The notes under the pieces are model-generated. The model worked only from the letters and a program-made list of their open reading frames with translations. It did not search any database and had not been told where the DNA came from. Made by a program: the position numbers and the translations under genes. From IMG/VR virus record IMGVR_UViG_3300042514_000542, positions 124,001 through 188,000 of that record: a stretch of 64,000 bases of DNA. One strand, given 5' to 3'. Shown here one piece after another: positions 40,201-50,442 of the stretch (the stretch's first letter is position 1; each line of letters begins with the position of its first letter).

Positions 40201-40856
40201 TCATCGGTGAACTCTCGCAACCCCGGAGACTCATGTGTGATCAAAATATCACCAACGCCAACTCTACCACCCTTTAAATGGAAGTCAAGCGATGCCAGCA
40301 AGTCATAAAAATGGAATTTTGATGGACAATCCTCATCAAACCTCATTTCTTCCATAGCCTTTCTATTAAGTGCCATGAAAACACCATCAATCATAACAAC
40401 TTTGTGTGGATATTTTCCAAAAGTTGATGCAGGTTTTACCACTTCTTCATATTGACATCCATAAAAAGCAGTATCGTTTTTAACTAAATGTTGAACACAT
40501 CCATGTAAGTGACCACCTTGGAATCCTCCACCCATCAAATGCCACAAAGCAGGACTCTTAAGTTCAATTTTGGATGCTCCAGCAACCCCAACCAAATCAT
40601 AATCATCAAATAACTTCTCAAGTTTTGGAATTGGGTCTTCCTCAAGGATAACATCGTCGTGAACTAGAATTAAACAGTCTCTATTCTCTTCCAATGCTTC
40701 GTCAATAGCCTGATTATATCTTTTAGCTAAGGATTCTGTATTATTTAAATGTGTCTGGCAAAGTAATTCATATCTCCAAATACTTTCATTCAATGTATAG
40801 TCTTTAAATTTGGATTTTTGAGTGCAACACACCACTTTTGCGTTTTTGATCTCCAT
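40158..40856 (-). CDS. GT-A (GT2-like/StrF-type) glycosyltransferase
   Basis: SLAKRYN, LVHDDV, GVAG, IDGVFMA, FDE..FHFYD, HESPG; start 40856 after early promoter. Confidence 0.8.
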   Translation of the reverse strand: MEIKNAKVVCCTQKSKFKDYTLNESIWRYELLCQTHLNNTESLAKRYNQAIDEALEENRDCLILVHDDVILEEDPIPKLEKLFDDYDLVGVAGASKIELKSPALWHLMGGGFQGGHLHGCVQHLVKNDTAFYGCQYEEVVKPASTFGKYPHKVVMIDGVFMALNRKAMEEMRFDEDCPSKFHFYDLLASLDFHLKGGRVGVGDILITHESPGLREFTDEWKAGEKYFLEKYK

Positions 40857-40861
40857 ATCTG

Positions 40862-40899
40862 ACAGTATCACAGATAAATCCACAGTCAACAGATAAATA
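40862..40899. promoter_or_regulatory. Divergent early (-) and late (+) promoters
   Basis: TTGACT-N16-TACTGT-N5-ATG on -; TAAATA-N5-ATG on +. Confidence 0.75.
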
Positions 40900-40904
40900 T
40901 AGTT

Positions 40905-42896
40905 ATGACTAAATATGGATTTGACTATTTTACCAAACGTGCAGAACTCTTAACAGAGATGGCTAGAACGACTACCCGCTATAATGGGTTGAATGTTGGA
41001 GGTGAATATGATTATGATTTCGTTGCTCTTAGAGCGAAAGTGTTGAATGCTATTAAAAGTGGAATGTCCCCGCATAATGCGTCAGATCCGTTGGTAGATG
41101 AAGACGGGAAAACTGCAACAGGTGTGGTTGATGGATCTCAATATAGATCATTGATATACATGTTTTCTAAAGTGTATAATACGATATTAGATAATGAAGA
41201 GTTTGATATCGATGCCGATGTTGAATTTGAAAATGCTAAGGGTTTACTATCATCGGACATATCCAAACTGCCAGTTAGCGAAGATGTTCACGCGATTATA
41301 TATGAAATACAAAATCAAATCAAGGAAAATGGTATTAAATTAGATAAACCTACATTAGATAATGTAACTAGAGAAATTATATCAAAATACGTTCCAAATA
41401 TTGCGGAAATTTTAAAGGCTCATGATAGTGGAGATAAGAATTCGGGAATAGAAGAGCTTCCTGTAATTCCCGTTGATATTTATCGAGATCCCTCAAGGTT
41501 CTTATCATCTTTATTTGAAATCCGTAATTCTAAAACCACTAGTGGTAGAAAAGTAGTCGATGACCCCAATAAAAAACCCGGAAAACAACCCACTCTTATA
41601 GAAGAATATACTAAAAAAATGCAATCTTTGGCAAGGAAAATATATAAACAATATGTCGAAAACCCCAAAAAAGCACCAAGCGGTCCAGAAATTTTTGAAG
41701 CTGCCACTATCGTCCTCATAAAAAAGCATCCGGAATTAATTTTCGATAAATCATTTGTAAATTCCGTATTAGATCCTGTAAATATTGCCACTTTTATCAA
41801 TAAAGGGGAGTCAGGTGAGGGGATTGTCGTACTGGATCATGAAACATCAAAACTGGCAGCAAGAAATATTGGTGAAATGTATGGTATAAACGCTAAATCT
41901 TATAATGAGTTGATGTCGAAGTCTAGAAAGGTCAGAACACAATTAAGTTATCTATCTCGCGCAGATGCAAAGAGAAAAGTGAAAACTTCCCCGACTGTAG
42001 AAAAAAAATCAAGTCCCGATAAATTAGATAATTTACATACCCAAAACGTAGATAACATTCTTACTATATTACTAGCTTTAAAAGAAGACAAGATCGACTT
42101 GGATGAACAGATTGAAATTAAGAGTGAATTATTTAAGGACCCTTACGATGTGATCCTAACAATACATGACGAAACAGACGTTCCAATAAAGTGGATAACA
42201 TCAATGATGAAGCTCAAGGGTACACAAGTTATCGACAGATTATACGATGTTTTTCTTACATTAGAAAATGTAGGAATTGATATTGACACTTTTAATGAAA
42301 ATATGGAGGAGTTAAAATCAAAAAAACCAGAATTGGTGGGGTTTATCGATATTTTCACTAAAGACGTTTCACTAAAAATAAAAGCAGATACTCCAAAGTC
42401 GAATGTCCTTAGTTTTCCGGGATTCGCCCAAGAACATATTGAAAAAGTTCTCGATACTCCAGAAAAGAAAAACATCTTCTCCACTTATTATAATTATATC
42501 TATGTTAAAGATTTGAAGCGAGCAGCCGCAGAAGTTCAGCAAAAATTAGACGTTGATGCAGGTAAAGAAGTTGTGGGAAAACCAGTTACCCTATATGCTA
42601 TGCGTCAAGCTGAAAAGAATTTCCAAAAGAGTAGTGGTAAGTTTGGTAATAGGGGTGAAAATATGGAACGTGAGGCAGAACTAGCTAAACGTGAGAAGGA
42701 CAAAGAATTTAAAAAGGATCAAAATAAACTAAGCAAGGGGATACAAGATATAATCGGTAAACCTCTACGCAACGAATCATATGTTATGAATTATATGACA
42801 GAACAATTCCAAAAAGATAGGTTCAAAACCAAAGGTGAATTTAAAGATCGTGGATACAAAAAACCAACCAATTACTGGCAAGGTAGAAACCTATGA
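40905..42896 (+). CDS. Large putative internal head protein
   Basis: Late promoter, LLTE-MAR site; inserted antisense in the replication block. Confidence 0.65.
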   Translation: MTKYGFDYFTKRAELLTEMARTTTRYNGLNVGGEYDYDFVALRAKVLNAIKSGMSPHNASDPLVDEDGKTATGVVDGSQYRSLIYMFSKVYNTILDNEEFDIDADVEFENAKGLLSSDISKLPVSEDVHAIIYEIQNQIKENGIKLDKPTLDNVTREIISKYVPNIAEILKAHDSGDKNSGIEELPVIPVDIYRDPSRFLSSLFEIRNSKTTSGRKVVDDPNKKPGKQPTLIEEYTKKMQSLARKIYKQYVENPKKAPSGPEIFEAATIVLIKKHPELIFDKSFVNSVLDPVNIATFINKGESGEGIVVLDHETSKLAARNIGEMYGINAKSYNELMSKSRKVRTQLSYLSRADAKRKVKTSPTVEKKSSPDKLDNLHTQNVDNILTILLALKEDKIDLDEQIEIKSELFKDPYDVILTIHDETDVPIKWITSMMKLKGTQVIDRLYDVFLTLENVGIDIDTFNENMEELKSKKPELVGFIDIFTKDVSLKIKADTPKSNVLSFPGFAQEHIEKVLDTPEKKNIFSTYYNYIYVKDLKRAAAEVQQKLDVDAGKEVVGKPVTLYAMRQAEKNFQKSSGKFGNRGENMEREAELAKREKDKEFKKDQNKLSKGIQDIIGKPLRNESYVMNYMTEQFQKDRFKTKGEFKDRGYKKPTNYWQGRNL

Positions 42897-43660
42897 ACGA
42901 ATTCATAAATTTATATAAATCTCTAATGTTGGAGATGGCTAGACCCTCATCACTTGGGCCAAAAATGTTGGGTGATGAATTATTCAAAAAATTCAACACA
43001 TTATTAGCTGAAGTTAATGATAGGTTCAAGTATGGCGTTCACAAATATCCAGAACTAGTAGACTTTAAAGGGGAAGAAGCATATGGTCTACACGATAAAG
43101 TTTTACAAGAGAGGAAACTTAGATATTTCTTTTTTTGTTTAAACAAAAACTATAAAAATTTAGATTATAAAGAAGAAATTACCATGGATAATGAGAGAGC
43201 TAGATCCATAGGCGAAATGACACAATACTGTAAACAAAAAGGAATACATTATAGTCTCGGATCAATTAGAATGACCACTTCTGCTATTTTTGAAAAAATA
43301 AAAGACGATGAGAAGTGGTTTTTGTCAAAAAACTTCCAAAAGATATTATTAGATCCTAAACTTATGGCTAGTTATATGAATGCTTCGAGGGAGACATTTA
43401 ACCAATCATCTATAAATGCCGCAGCAAAACGTGAGAAAGAGGGTGGAATGGGTATACGAGATCTAGATAAATTCAGGGCAGAATACCGTGATGTAGATAA
43501 AGCATTAAGTTACAAGGAGAGGGGTACGGGTCTTAAACAAAAAGCCGCAGAAAAAAGAGAAAAGATTGAAACTCTTCGTAAGAAAAAAGAGATGGCTAAT
43601 GCGAAGCGTAAACAGACATGGGCTAATAAGAAACTAAACAAAAAAACCCAAGGAATTTAA
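42893..43660 (+). CDS. Putative internal head protein, partial paralog of preceding gene
   Basis: LMLE-MAR; shared F...LDP...A.(F/Y).N and LSY..R segments. Confidence 0.65.
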   Translation: MNEFINLYKSLMLEMARPSSLGPKMLGDELFKKFNTLLAEVNDRFKYGVHKYPELVDFKGEEAYGLHDKVLQERKLRYFFFCLNKNYKNLDYKEEITMDNERARSIGEMTQYCKQKGIHYSLGSIRMTTSAIFEKIKDDEKWFLSKNFQKILLDPKLMASYMNASRETFNQSSINAAAKREKEGGMGIRDLDKFRAEYRDVDKALSYKERGTGLKQKAAEKREKIETLRKKKEMANAKRKQTWANKKLNKKTQGI

Positions 43661-43672
43661 TCCTTGGGTTTT
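43641..43672. terminator. Bidirectional intrinsic terminator
   Basis: aaaacccaagga-atttaa-tccttgggtttt between convergent genes. Confidence 0.85.
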
Positions 43673-43686
43673 CTCTATTTTAAAGA

Positions 43687-44895
43687 TTAAGACTCATCGT
43701 CATCTTCTTCCTCGATCTCATCAATCTTCTTAGAAACCTTTTTCTTAAGATTTTTTAAAGCATCCAAAGGGTTGTCACATTGAACTTCTTCATCAGGGGA
43801 ATCCTCTTCGTCATCATCTTCGGGTGGTGCTTCCTCATTGGAATACTTCCACTCATCCTGAATACGGTTCTCAAGTTCTGGTAGAAGTTTTTTCCAGACA
43901 GCTTTATCCTTTCTCCAAGACTTATAATATCCAAGAGATTCACCGTTCCAATCCTTATATGTTTTACCATCAAGAACAACAACACCAAGACCTCTCATAA
44001 TCTCAAGAAGACCATAATACTTATCTAGTCCAGTCGCAAAGGATAGGTATAGTTCAGCTTCAAGGAATTGTTTGATGAAGCGATTCTTAACAGTTAAGCA
44101 TCGTAGGATAACACCAGAGAAACTTTTCTGACCAGCAGCAAGAGTATTATCTACTGTTTTACCATCATCATCCTTCATAGGCTTCCTAGCCAATTGAACA
44201 GTTACAGACGGTTTGTAAATTGCAGCACGACCTCCAGGCATGTTCTTCTCAAGAGAAGGATACATCGCACTAGGATCATCATATACCTCATTGGTTAGAA
44301 CAATAGTAGTCTTGGTGATTTTACCCCAGTTAACACATGTCTTAAGGAATGACTTAATAGACTTAGCAAATGTCCCCATGTCGGCAGCAGTAGAATCTTT
44401 TTCCATTCTAGCTTCTCCAAGTTCTGATTCCATTTGCGCCATTGAATCAACCACGATAAGGAATTCACCTTGTCTACCAGTTTCGGCAACTTTCTTAAGA
44501 AACTTATTGATGGCATTTCGAGTGTTCTCAATAGTGGTTGTTGGAACATACTTAACTTTAGTTGGATCAATTCCAAACCCAATAGCACCTTCCGCATCAA
44601 TAGCATTCTCACTATCAAAAACCACAACATACTTACCCATCTTTTGAGCAGATGCGATTATCTTCTGAATAAAGAATGTTTTACCAGTCATAGATGGTCC
44701 AGCAAATTGAATCACTCGACCACAAGGCACACCCTTATACATAGAACCGGAAATAATAGCATTGAGTGCTAGTGATCCAGTGTCAATCCATTCATCAACA
44801 TTAGAAAATGTTGACTCGCTCAAGTAAGTCGAATAGGGATTGACCGAATCGATCTCATCCATCAGCTTACGCATATCTTTTTCGTTTTTATTCAT
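43687..44895 (-). CDS. uvsX: RecA-like recombinase
   Basis: IDTGSLALNAIISGS, GPSMTGKT, FDSE, VDS, ADMG, PGGR, VKNRF; start at MNKNE. Confidence 0.93.
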   Translation of the reverse strand: MNKNEKDMRKLMDEIDSVNPYSTYLSESTFSNVDEWIDTGSLALNAIISGSMYKGVPCGRVIQFAGPSMTGKTFFIQKIIASAQKMGKYVVVFDSENAIDAEGAIGFGIDPTKVKYVPTTTIENTRNAINKFLKKVAETGRQGEFLIVVDSMAQMESELGEARMEKDSTAADMGTFAKSIKSFLKTCVNWGKITKTTIVLTNEVYDDPSAMYPSLEKNMPGGRAAIYKPSVTVQLARKPMKDDDGKTVDNTLAAGQKSFSGVILRCLTVKNRFIKQFLEAELYLSFATGLDKYYGLLEIMRGLGVVVLDGKTYKDWNGESLGYYKSWRKDKAVWKKLLPELENRIQDEWKYSNEEAPPEDDDEEDSPDEEVQCDNPLDALKNLKKKVSKKIDEIEEEDDDES

Positions 44896-44900
44896 AAATT

Positions 44901-45104
44901 TTAGCAAAGGTATTGTGAGTGTGTTGAAAGTCCTGTGAATTTGGTATCTAGAAATTGCCACCCCAAATCTACATTGGGTGTAACTTTTTTCATAACTAAG
45001 CCAATATGTTGTTTAATAACTATTACCTGTTCTTCCGTTAAAGTATCGCTATGGGTCAGTTCGAAATAGCCTTGTAACCAGTATACAAAATTTTCAGGTG
45101 TCAT
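44901..45104 (-). CDS. Small phage hypothetical protein
   Basis: MTPENFVYWLQGYFEL. Confidence 0.7.
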   Translation of the reverse strand: MTPENFVYWLQGYFELTHSDTLTEEQVIVIKQHIGLVMKKVTPNVDLGWQFLDTKFTGLSTHSQYLC

Positions 45105-45400
45105 AATACAATTGTTGCAATGATTGTTTCAAGTTTTTGATTACGTCCTATAACTCTATTCTCAATCTCAGACAATGCACCACATAGCTCGGTTCTATAT
45201 CCCACTGGTTGGGCTATTTTAGCATTACAATCGGTAGATATAGGTAGGGATTCCAAAATTGGTCCAAGTTTATATTCGAGTTTCGTCAAAAGATCTTCAT
45301 TGCGAGCCAATAGCTCATAGATAATTTCAATTTTATAAAAGACTTCGGACTCGGATTTGGGGATGCCTTTCGCACACTCATCATAAGTATAATCTTTCAT
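45101..45400 (-). CDS. Hypothetical protein
   Basis: Coupled ORF. Confidence 0.6.
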   Translation of the reverse strand: MKDYTYDECAKGIPKSESEVFYKIEIIYELLARNEDLLTKLEYKLGPILESLPISTDCNAKIAQPVGYRTELCGALSEIENRVIGRNQKLETIIATIVL

Positions 45401-45401
45401 A

Positions 45402-45755
45402 TTAAAGGTCGTTGATTGAAATTACTTTAGGGTTGTTTTGAACCTCTACTTTAGGTTCAGGTGGTGTGTTAATAGCAGCATATCTACTAAGAATATCCGC
45501 ATTTAGCTCAATATTACTAACCGTGATAGCCGACTTATTATAAGTCCAAGAATTTTTCTCTCTACTACCCTTTTCTAATAGTTCGAAGAAGAACAGAGGG
45601 TATAGTTGTAGTTCCAACTGACCAGTCTGAGAAGGTTGGAAATGGACAATAATTGGATTATCCAATGTGAGTTCGGCTGAAGTGTTGGAGGTTTCAATTC
45701 CAAGAATGGTTCTACCGATTTGATCGATGATTACAGTGTGTTTTACGTCTTGCAT
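45402..45755 (-). CDS. Hypothetical protein (small beta-rich)
   Basis: Start MQDVK, 8 nt after TTGACA-N16-TAAATT. Confidence 0.7.
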   Translation of the reverse strand: MQDVKHTVIIDQIGRTILGIETSNTSAELTLDNPIIVHFQPSQTGQLELQLYPLFFFELLEKGSREKNSWTYNKSAITVSNIELNADILSRYAAINTPPEPKVEVQNNPKVISINDL

Positions 45756-45759
45756 ACAG

Positions 45760-46137
45760 TTATAATTTATCATCATATGAGATAATGTCAACCTTTAAAT
45801 TCCTTAAAAATTCCTTAGCCTTCTTTGCAATTCTACTTCTAGCCTTCGCACCAACTAGCCCTTTGTTGAACTCCACTATCTCCAAAATGGATTTATCAAT
45901 TTCTGTCATAGACTCAATATCCACTTCGTCTCCTCTCAAGAAATCTAAAACGAAATCATAATTTCTAGATGTTGTAATTGGTGTCGATTGAATTGTCAAA
46001 ATCCTTTGTCTAATTTCTTCCATTGCTGGATTATTAAATGGTGGTGTGTCATTACCATCCAATGCACTGGTTAGTTTTTCGATTGCTTCTTTCTCCGCAA
46101 CATCCAACCCTTTAATATAAGCCTCCTGTATATTCAT
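45760..46137 (-). CDS. Hypothetical protein
   Basis: Starts 2 nt after the polymerase stop codon. Confidence 0.65.
   Translation of the reverse strand: MNIQEAYIKGLDVAEKEAIEKLTSALDGNDTPPFNNPAMEEIRQRILTIQSTPITTSRNYDFVLDFLRGDEVDIESMTEIDKSILEIVEFNKGLVGAKARSRIAKKAKEFLRNLKVDIISYDDKL
45764..45791 (-). promoter_or_regulatory. Sigma70-type early promoter
   Basis: TTGACA-N16-TAAATT with TG extension. Confidence 0.75.
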
Positions 46138-46139
46138 AA

Positions 46140-48710
46140 TTAACTAAAAAAATCTTCAAGTTCAATCTTTACATTCTCATTAGGTTTGCGTAACTTCCAA
46201 TTAACAGCTTTATAAAAAACCTCAATCGATTTATACAATAGATTACCAAACATTTTCTCATAGTCAATCTCAAATATTTCGGAGAATTCGTGTGGATATT
46301 TACCCTTAAATCCGATAACACTTATCCCATATTTATTTGGCGTTTTCAAATAAAGCCTTTTAACTTTATCACCAGATTTAAATTTTTCATACTTATTAGA
46401 TATACCCAATTCATCCACTAAGGTATCGTGAAAATGTGCAGCCCCAACATGGTTTGGAACTGATGGTTTACCTTTGGTGAGGACATATCCATTCATTCTA
46501 GGTTTATGTTTATCATAATCACTCATGGAACAGTTCATATAAATTGAATCAATATCAAGACCTTTGAAAATCTCATAGGCATCCATGAATTTAGCATTAG
46601 TGGTGGCCATTGATTGAGACATTACCATAGTCTCCATGATCGCTTTGACATATGGTTTAATTGCCTTGGGCATGGTTGTCTTAACAACCGACACACCTTT
46701 ATATTTGAACTTGTTGACTGCCATACCTTCATCATCAAGAATATGTAGCACATAATTCTTACCACTCACGAAAATAACATTATCACAAATCGATTCGCGC
46801 TTGAATACAAATCGAGAATCCTTACTTAATAAAGATTTCACCGACCACAAATTCATACCATCATTCAGATAATTTTCGAACTTATCACACAACTGAAAGA
46901 AATCGTCTGATATTTTCTCACCATCCTTTAGGACAATTCCAGCATCCTCAAATAATTTCATAGAGATGTAGATGGAATCAGTATCATTATAAATCAATGC
47001 ATTATCACATTTACCAGATAAATCTGGATAAAATTCCCCAACAAACCTCTCAAATAATTCATTACTCTTTTTGATGACAGCTTGACCCGTTAATGTTACT
47101 GAGCTACCAATTTCATCATCACCCAATGGTGCATACTTATTAGCACAATAGCCATAAGTGGAGTTGAGAGTAATTTTATAGGCATTTTGGAATGTATCGA
47201 ACTTCTTAACTTGTGTTTTAAGTTCGGATATTTCTTTTTTGGAAAGCTTAGGATTTTCTAGGGCTTTCTTAGCTTGGAACATTTTACCCTTCATTTCTTT
47301 TCTCTTAGTATATAAGAAATCCAAGAATTCTGGCATAATTCCAACTTTCTTTTGTGAGAATAATACATTGGCTTTGGATAAGGATGCCTTTTCTTCCTTT
47401 AGAAAAGTTACAAAATTCTCCTTCGATAAATCAAAAGTTTTTCCTGATACATGTTTGATACTATAGATATCTCCAATTTTCTCCAAAGAGCCAAGTTTGG
47501 TTTCTGGTGACATGTTTAAAGATATCATAACACTTGGATACAGAGAGTTGGCATCAAAGCTCACTACATTTTGAGAAAATCCCAACTTGGGTTTAGCAAC
47601 GTATCCACCGGGAATCTTTCCTTCGGTTTTTGGTCTAACAAAAGTTGGAATCTTCTCATCTCTATGTCTCGCACGTATCGCAACAGCACCATTAATAACT
47701 GGAACTGTTTTAATGGCATTCTCAAGATTACATAACCCAAGGTATGCAATGAATCGTAATAGATCCAGATACTTCAACTCTTCATCCAAATCGACAACTA
47801 GTTTAACGTCCTGAATGTTATAATCCACATAAGTTTCCCAATCCTTAACAGATAAATCCCAAAGTGACCCCTCATAAGAAACTTTCTGATCATCCAATTC
47901 AACTTCACCAATATAATCAAGTTTATATGACTCTTGTGGTTCAAGTGCGAATTTTTTATAAAGAACCATGTAATCGATACATGAAATTCCTTCAATTACA
48001 TACTCTGTAGTTGGCATTCCAAACTTTCCCGTAGAATTAACCTTTTCATAAATTCTCTCAATCGGAGATAACTTATCAGCCCACTCTTTTCCCAATTGAA
48101 AAGTAATTCTATTAACTAGATATGGTATATCGAACCCACTCGTATTCCATCCAACCAAACAGTCGGGAAAATCTGAAGAAAAGTGATTAATAAATCTCTT
48201 TAGAAGATCTTCTTCTGACTTACAGTGATGATATTTTACGTTTTTTTCCTTCGGTTCGTAATTCTTTAACCCAAAAACTGTATATTTTTTAGATAATGAG
48301 TCATAACATGTCAATAAATTTATAACATTTTCTGCAAGTTTGGGTTCTGGAAACGCACCAACACCCGGACACTCAATGTCAAAATACATAATCTTGAGAG
48401 GATGGGCAGCGAAGTCTTCATCTTCATTACAGTGATAGTAATTATCAATTAGGAATTGTTGGTATGGTGGAAGATTCTCAAAAATTCTTCTAATACCACT
48501 CTCATTAACGAATTTATCACGATCCCACTTAGTATTGAACTCGCGTTTGAGAATTGCGGTTCCATAAATGGATGTAGCATCCCCAACCTTGCTCTCCAAA
48601 TACAAATATGGAAGGAAGTCCAACTCTTGAAAGACCCTGTTTCCAGAGGCATCCCAAGTCCAAAGATGCACACTTTTGGTTTTGTTGTTATAGACGCAGT
48701 TACGATACAT
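46140..48710 (-). CDS. 43: Family B DNA polymerase (T4 gp43-like)
   Basis: FDIE exonuclease, SFDANSLYPS, KITLNSTYG, YNDTDS. Confidence 0.97.
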   Translation of the reverse strand: MYRNCVYNNKTKSVHLWTWDASGNRVFQELDFLPYLYLESKVGDATSIYGTAILKREFNTKWDRDKFVNESGIRRIFENLPPYQQFLIDNYYHCNEDEDFAAHPLKIMYFDIECPGVGAFPEPKLAENVINLLTCYDSLSKKYTVFGLKNYEPKEKNVKYHHCKSEEDLLKRFINHFSSDFPDCLVGWNTSGFDIPYLVNRITFQLGKEWADKLSPIERIYEKVNSTGKFGMPTTEYVIEGISCIDYMVLYKKFALEPQESYKLDYIGEVELDDQKVSYEGSLWDLSVKDWETYVDYNIQDVKLVVDLDEELKYLDLLRFIAYLGLCNLENAIKTVPVINGAVAIRARHRDEKIPTFVRPKTEGKIPGGYVAKPKLGFSQNVVSFDANSLYPSVMISLNMSPETKLGSLEKIGDIYSIKHVSGKTFDLSKENFVTFLKEEKASLSKANVLFSQKKVGIMPEFLDFLYTKRKEMKGKMFQAKKALENPKLSKKEISELKTQVKKFDTFQNAYKITLNSTYGYCANKYAPLGDDEIGSSVTLTGQAVIKKSNELFERFVGEFYPDLSGKCDNALIYNDTDSIYISMKLFEDAGIVLKDGEKISDDFFQLCDKFENYLNDGMNLWSVKSLLSKDSRFVFKRESICDNVIFVSGKNYVLHILDDEGMAVNKFKYKGVSVVKTTMPKAIKPYVKAIMETMVMSQSMATTNAKFMDAYEIFKGLDIDSIYMNCSMSDYDKHKPRMNGYVLTKGKPSVPNHVGAAHFHDTLVDELGISNKYEKFKSGDKVKRLYLKTPNKYGISVIGFKGKYPHEFSEIFEIDYEKMFGNLLYKSIEVFYKAVNWKLRKPNENVKIELEDFFS

Positions 48711-48719
48711 TACGAATTG

Positions 48720-48747
48720 AGAATATCACCACCAAGCAGGATGTCAA
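48720..48747 (-). promoter_or_regulatory. Sigma70-type early promoter of the DNA polymerase gene
   Basis: TTGACA-N16-TATTCT, 9 nt before ATG. Confidence 0.8.
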
Positions 48748-48989
48748 CCAACCTGATCCTGAATATAGCTTAAATGTGCTGTGTCTCCATTAACTCTACA
48801 GTTTAATTTCATACTACCTCTAATTCCTCGATCAACTTCGGCTACATTTTCACCAATAATTAATTTATACCCACGGTGAGTCGCTATATGTTCCCCATTC
48901 GGTAATACCCCATTAACTATTTTAACTTCCCACTCACCACTATACATTTCAAGTAATAGGTTTTGAATATTCGCAACATCCTTTTTCAT
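48744..48989 (-). CDS. Small late protein
   Basis: TAAATA-N5-ATG; LLLE site. Confidence 0.65.
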   Translation of the reverse strand: MKKDVANIQNLLLEMYSGEWEVKIVNGVLPNGEHIATHRGYKLIIGENVAEVDRGIRGSMKLNCRVNGDTAHLSYIQDQVG

Positions 48990-49021
48990 AACATTATTTA
49001 TTCCACTTTTTCAAATAATGT

Positions 49022-49195
49022 TTATTTAATTGTCTGATTTGGTAAAAGCTCGATAATTGCTTTAAAGTCTTCTTTAAAATTTGGCAAATGTGCATATCCC
49101 TTTAATTCTCTATTATCGAATTCTTCATCCATTATACGTTGACCAATCTCAGCACGATCATCCATCTCTTTTAACAATTTCTCTATTTCAGTCAT
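49022..49195 (-). CDS. Small late protein
   Basis: Start MTEIEKLLKE after TAAATA-N5. Confidence 0.6.
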   Translation of the reverse strand: MTEIEKLLKEMDDRAEIGQRIMDEEFDNRELKGYAHLPNFKEDFKAIIELLPNQTIK

Positions 49196-49206
49196 AATGA
49201 TATTTA

Positions 49207-50415
49207 TTAAGGGTTCCACTTTTTCAAAAATGGTCGTTTATCAGATCCCCATTCCGTATTGAACGCTTCAAGATAACATCCAATGTTCTGTGGATGTTCT
49301 AGGAATCGTGTTTCTCCAAGTTTTCTAAGTTCTGGAACCAGACTATAATATTTAGAACGGTTTTTCCAATTAGTCATCATCTCGATTTTATGTTCTAATT
49401 CGTCAGCAGTCTTAAACCTAAGCATATCGGGAGCGGAACTATATGTAACCATGTCTTGGCATAGACATGGGATTCCAAGTTGTGCCGCTTCGATAAATTT
49501 GATGTCGGATTTACTACGATTGAATGGAATATCCATCAATGGGGCAATAAACAGTTGTGCATTTAATGATGCTAGGAAATTAGGATAGTTTAAGAATGAT
49601 TGCCATCCATGAACCTCGATTTCCTTGGAATCAACGTAAGGTTTTAGTGCTGGTGGATATGCACCAATAAATACAAACTGGTATTTGTGTCGATTGTCAA
49701 TGATAAATTCATTAACGTGGGTAAAATCATCCTGACCACCAGCTAAGTTCTTAACATCAAAGTGTGCGCCAGATCCAGCATAGATAATACGAGGCTTTTT
49801 CTTGAATGTTTCAAAATTATTACAGATTTTTCTATAATCATATTGATGACCACTCCACCAATGAGGCATAAAGTTAGGAACCACTGTTATTTTTTGTTGT
49901 CCAGTCTTCTCAATATATAAATCTTTCATATATTGGCATGTAACTGTAACCTCATCAACCATATTGATCATATCGATACAGTTTTGGCGAATCTCTTCGG
50001 TGTCGAATCCATGTTTTGAAGCATTGTGATCAGGAATTTCCTCGCGAAACACAACGTCATCCACCTCATAAATCAATTTAAATCCCATTTCTGGTTGAAT
50101 TGATTTCAGATAAGCAATAAAATCTTTTTGATGGGATGCTGCTTGCCTTTGCAGAGTTACACTTTTAATATTATGGTAGAAACCCTTCTCTAAGACCATC
50201 TTAGTGATGTCAACAGAATCACCATAACCACTCATATTGATGTGATTTGTGATAAAAGATCTACGGAACTGTGCGCAGCCATCCCTTCCTGCAAGAAAAT
50301 TGATATAACGATTTTCTAGTTGTGGAGGCATTTCCACTCTAGGTTGCTTTACATAAGTATTGCCACCATAAGGAGATTTTGGAAATGGGCTTGCGAACGG
50401 ACTATTCTGAAACAT
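49207..50415 (-). CDS. GT-B glycosyltransferase (GT4-like)
   Basis: YEVDD, VTVT, VVPN, IAPLMDIPFNRSKSDIKFIEAAQLGIP. Confidence 0.8.
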   Translation of the reverse strand: MFQNSPFASPFPKSPYGGNTYVKQPRVEMPPQLENRYINFLAGRDGCAQFRRSFITNHINMSGYGDSVDITKMVLEKGFYHNIKSVTLQRQAASHQKDFIAYLKSIQPEMGFKLIYEVDDVVFREEIPDHNASKHGFDTEEIRQNCIDMINMVDEVTVTCQYMKDLYIEKTGQQKITVVPNFMPHWWSGHQYDYRKICNNFETFKKKPRIIYAGSGAHFDVKNLAGGQDDFTHVNEFIIDNRHKYQFVFIGAYPPALKPYVDSKEIEVHGWQSFLNYPNFLASLNAQLFIAPLMDIPFNRSKSDIKFIEAAQLGIPCLCQDMVTYSSAPDMLRFKTADELEHKIEMMTNWKNRSKYYSLVPELRKLGETRFLEHPQNIGCYLEAFNTEWGSDKRPFLKKWNP

Positions 50416-50442
50416 ACAATAATTAGTATGTTTTTTGACAAG

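Noticed and set aside
46140-48710. Intein or intron in polymerase, terminase, helicase or UvsX
   Set aside because: Lengths are normal, motifs are contiguous, and no splicing motifs were seen
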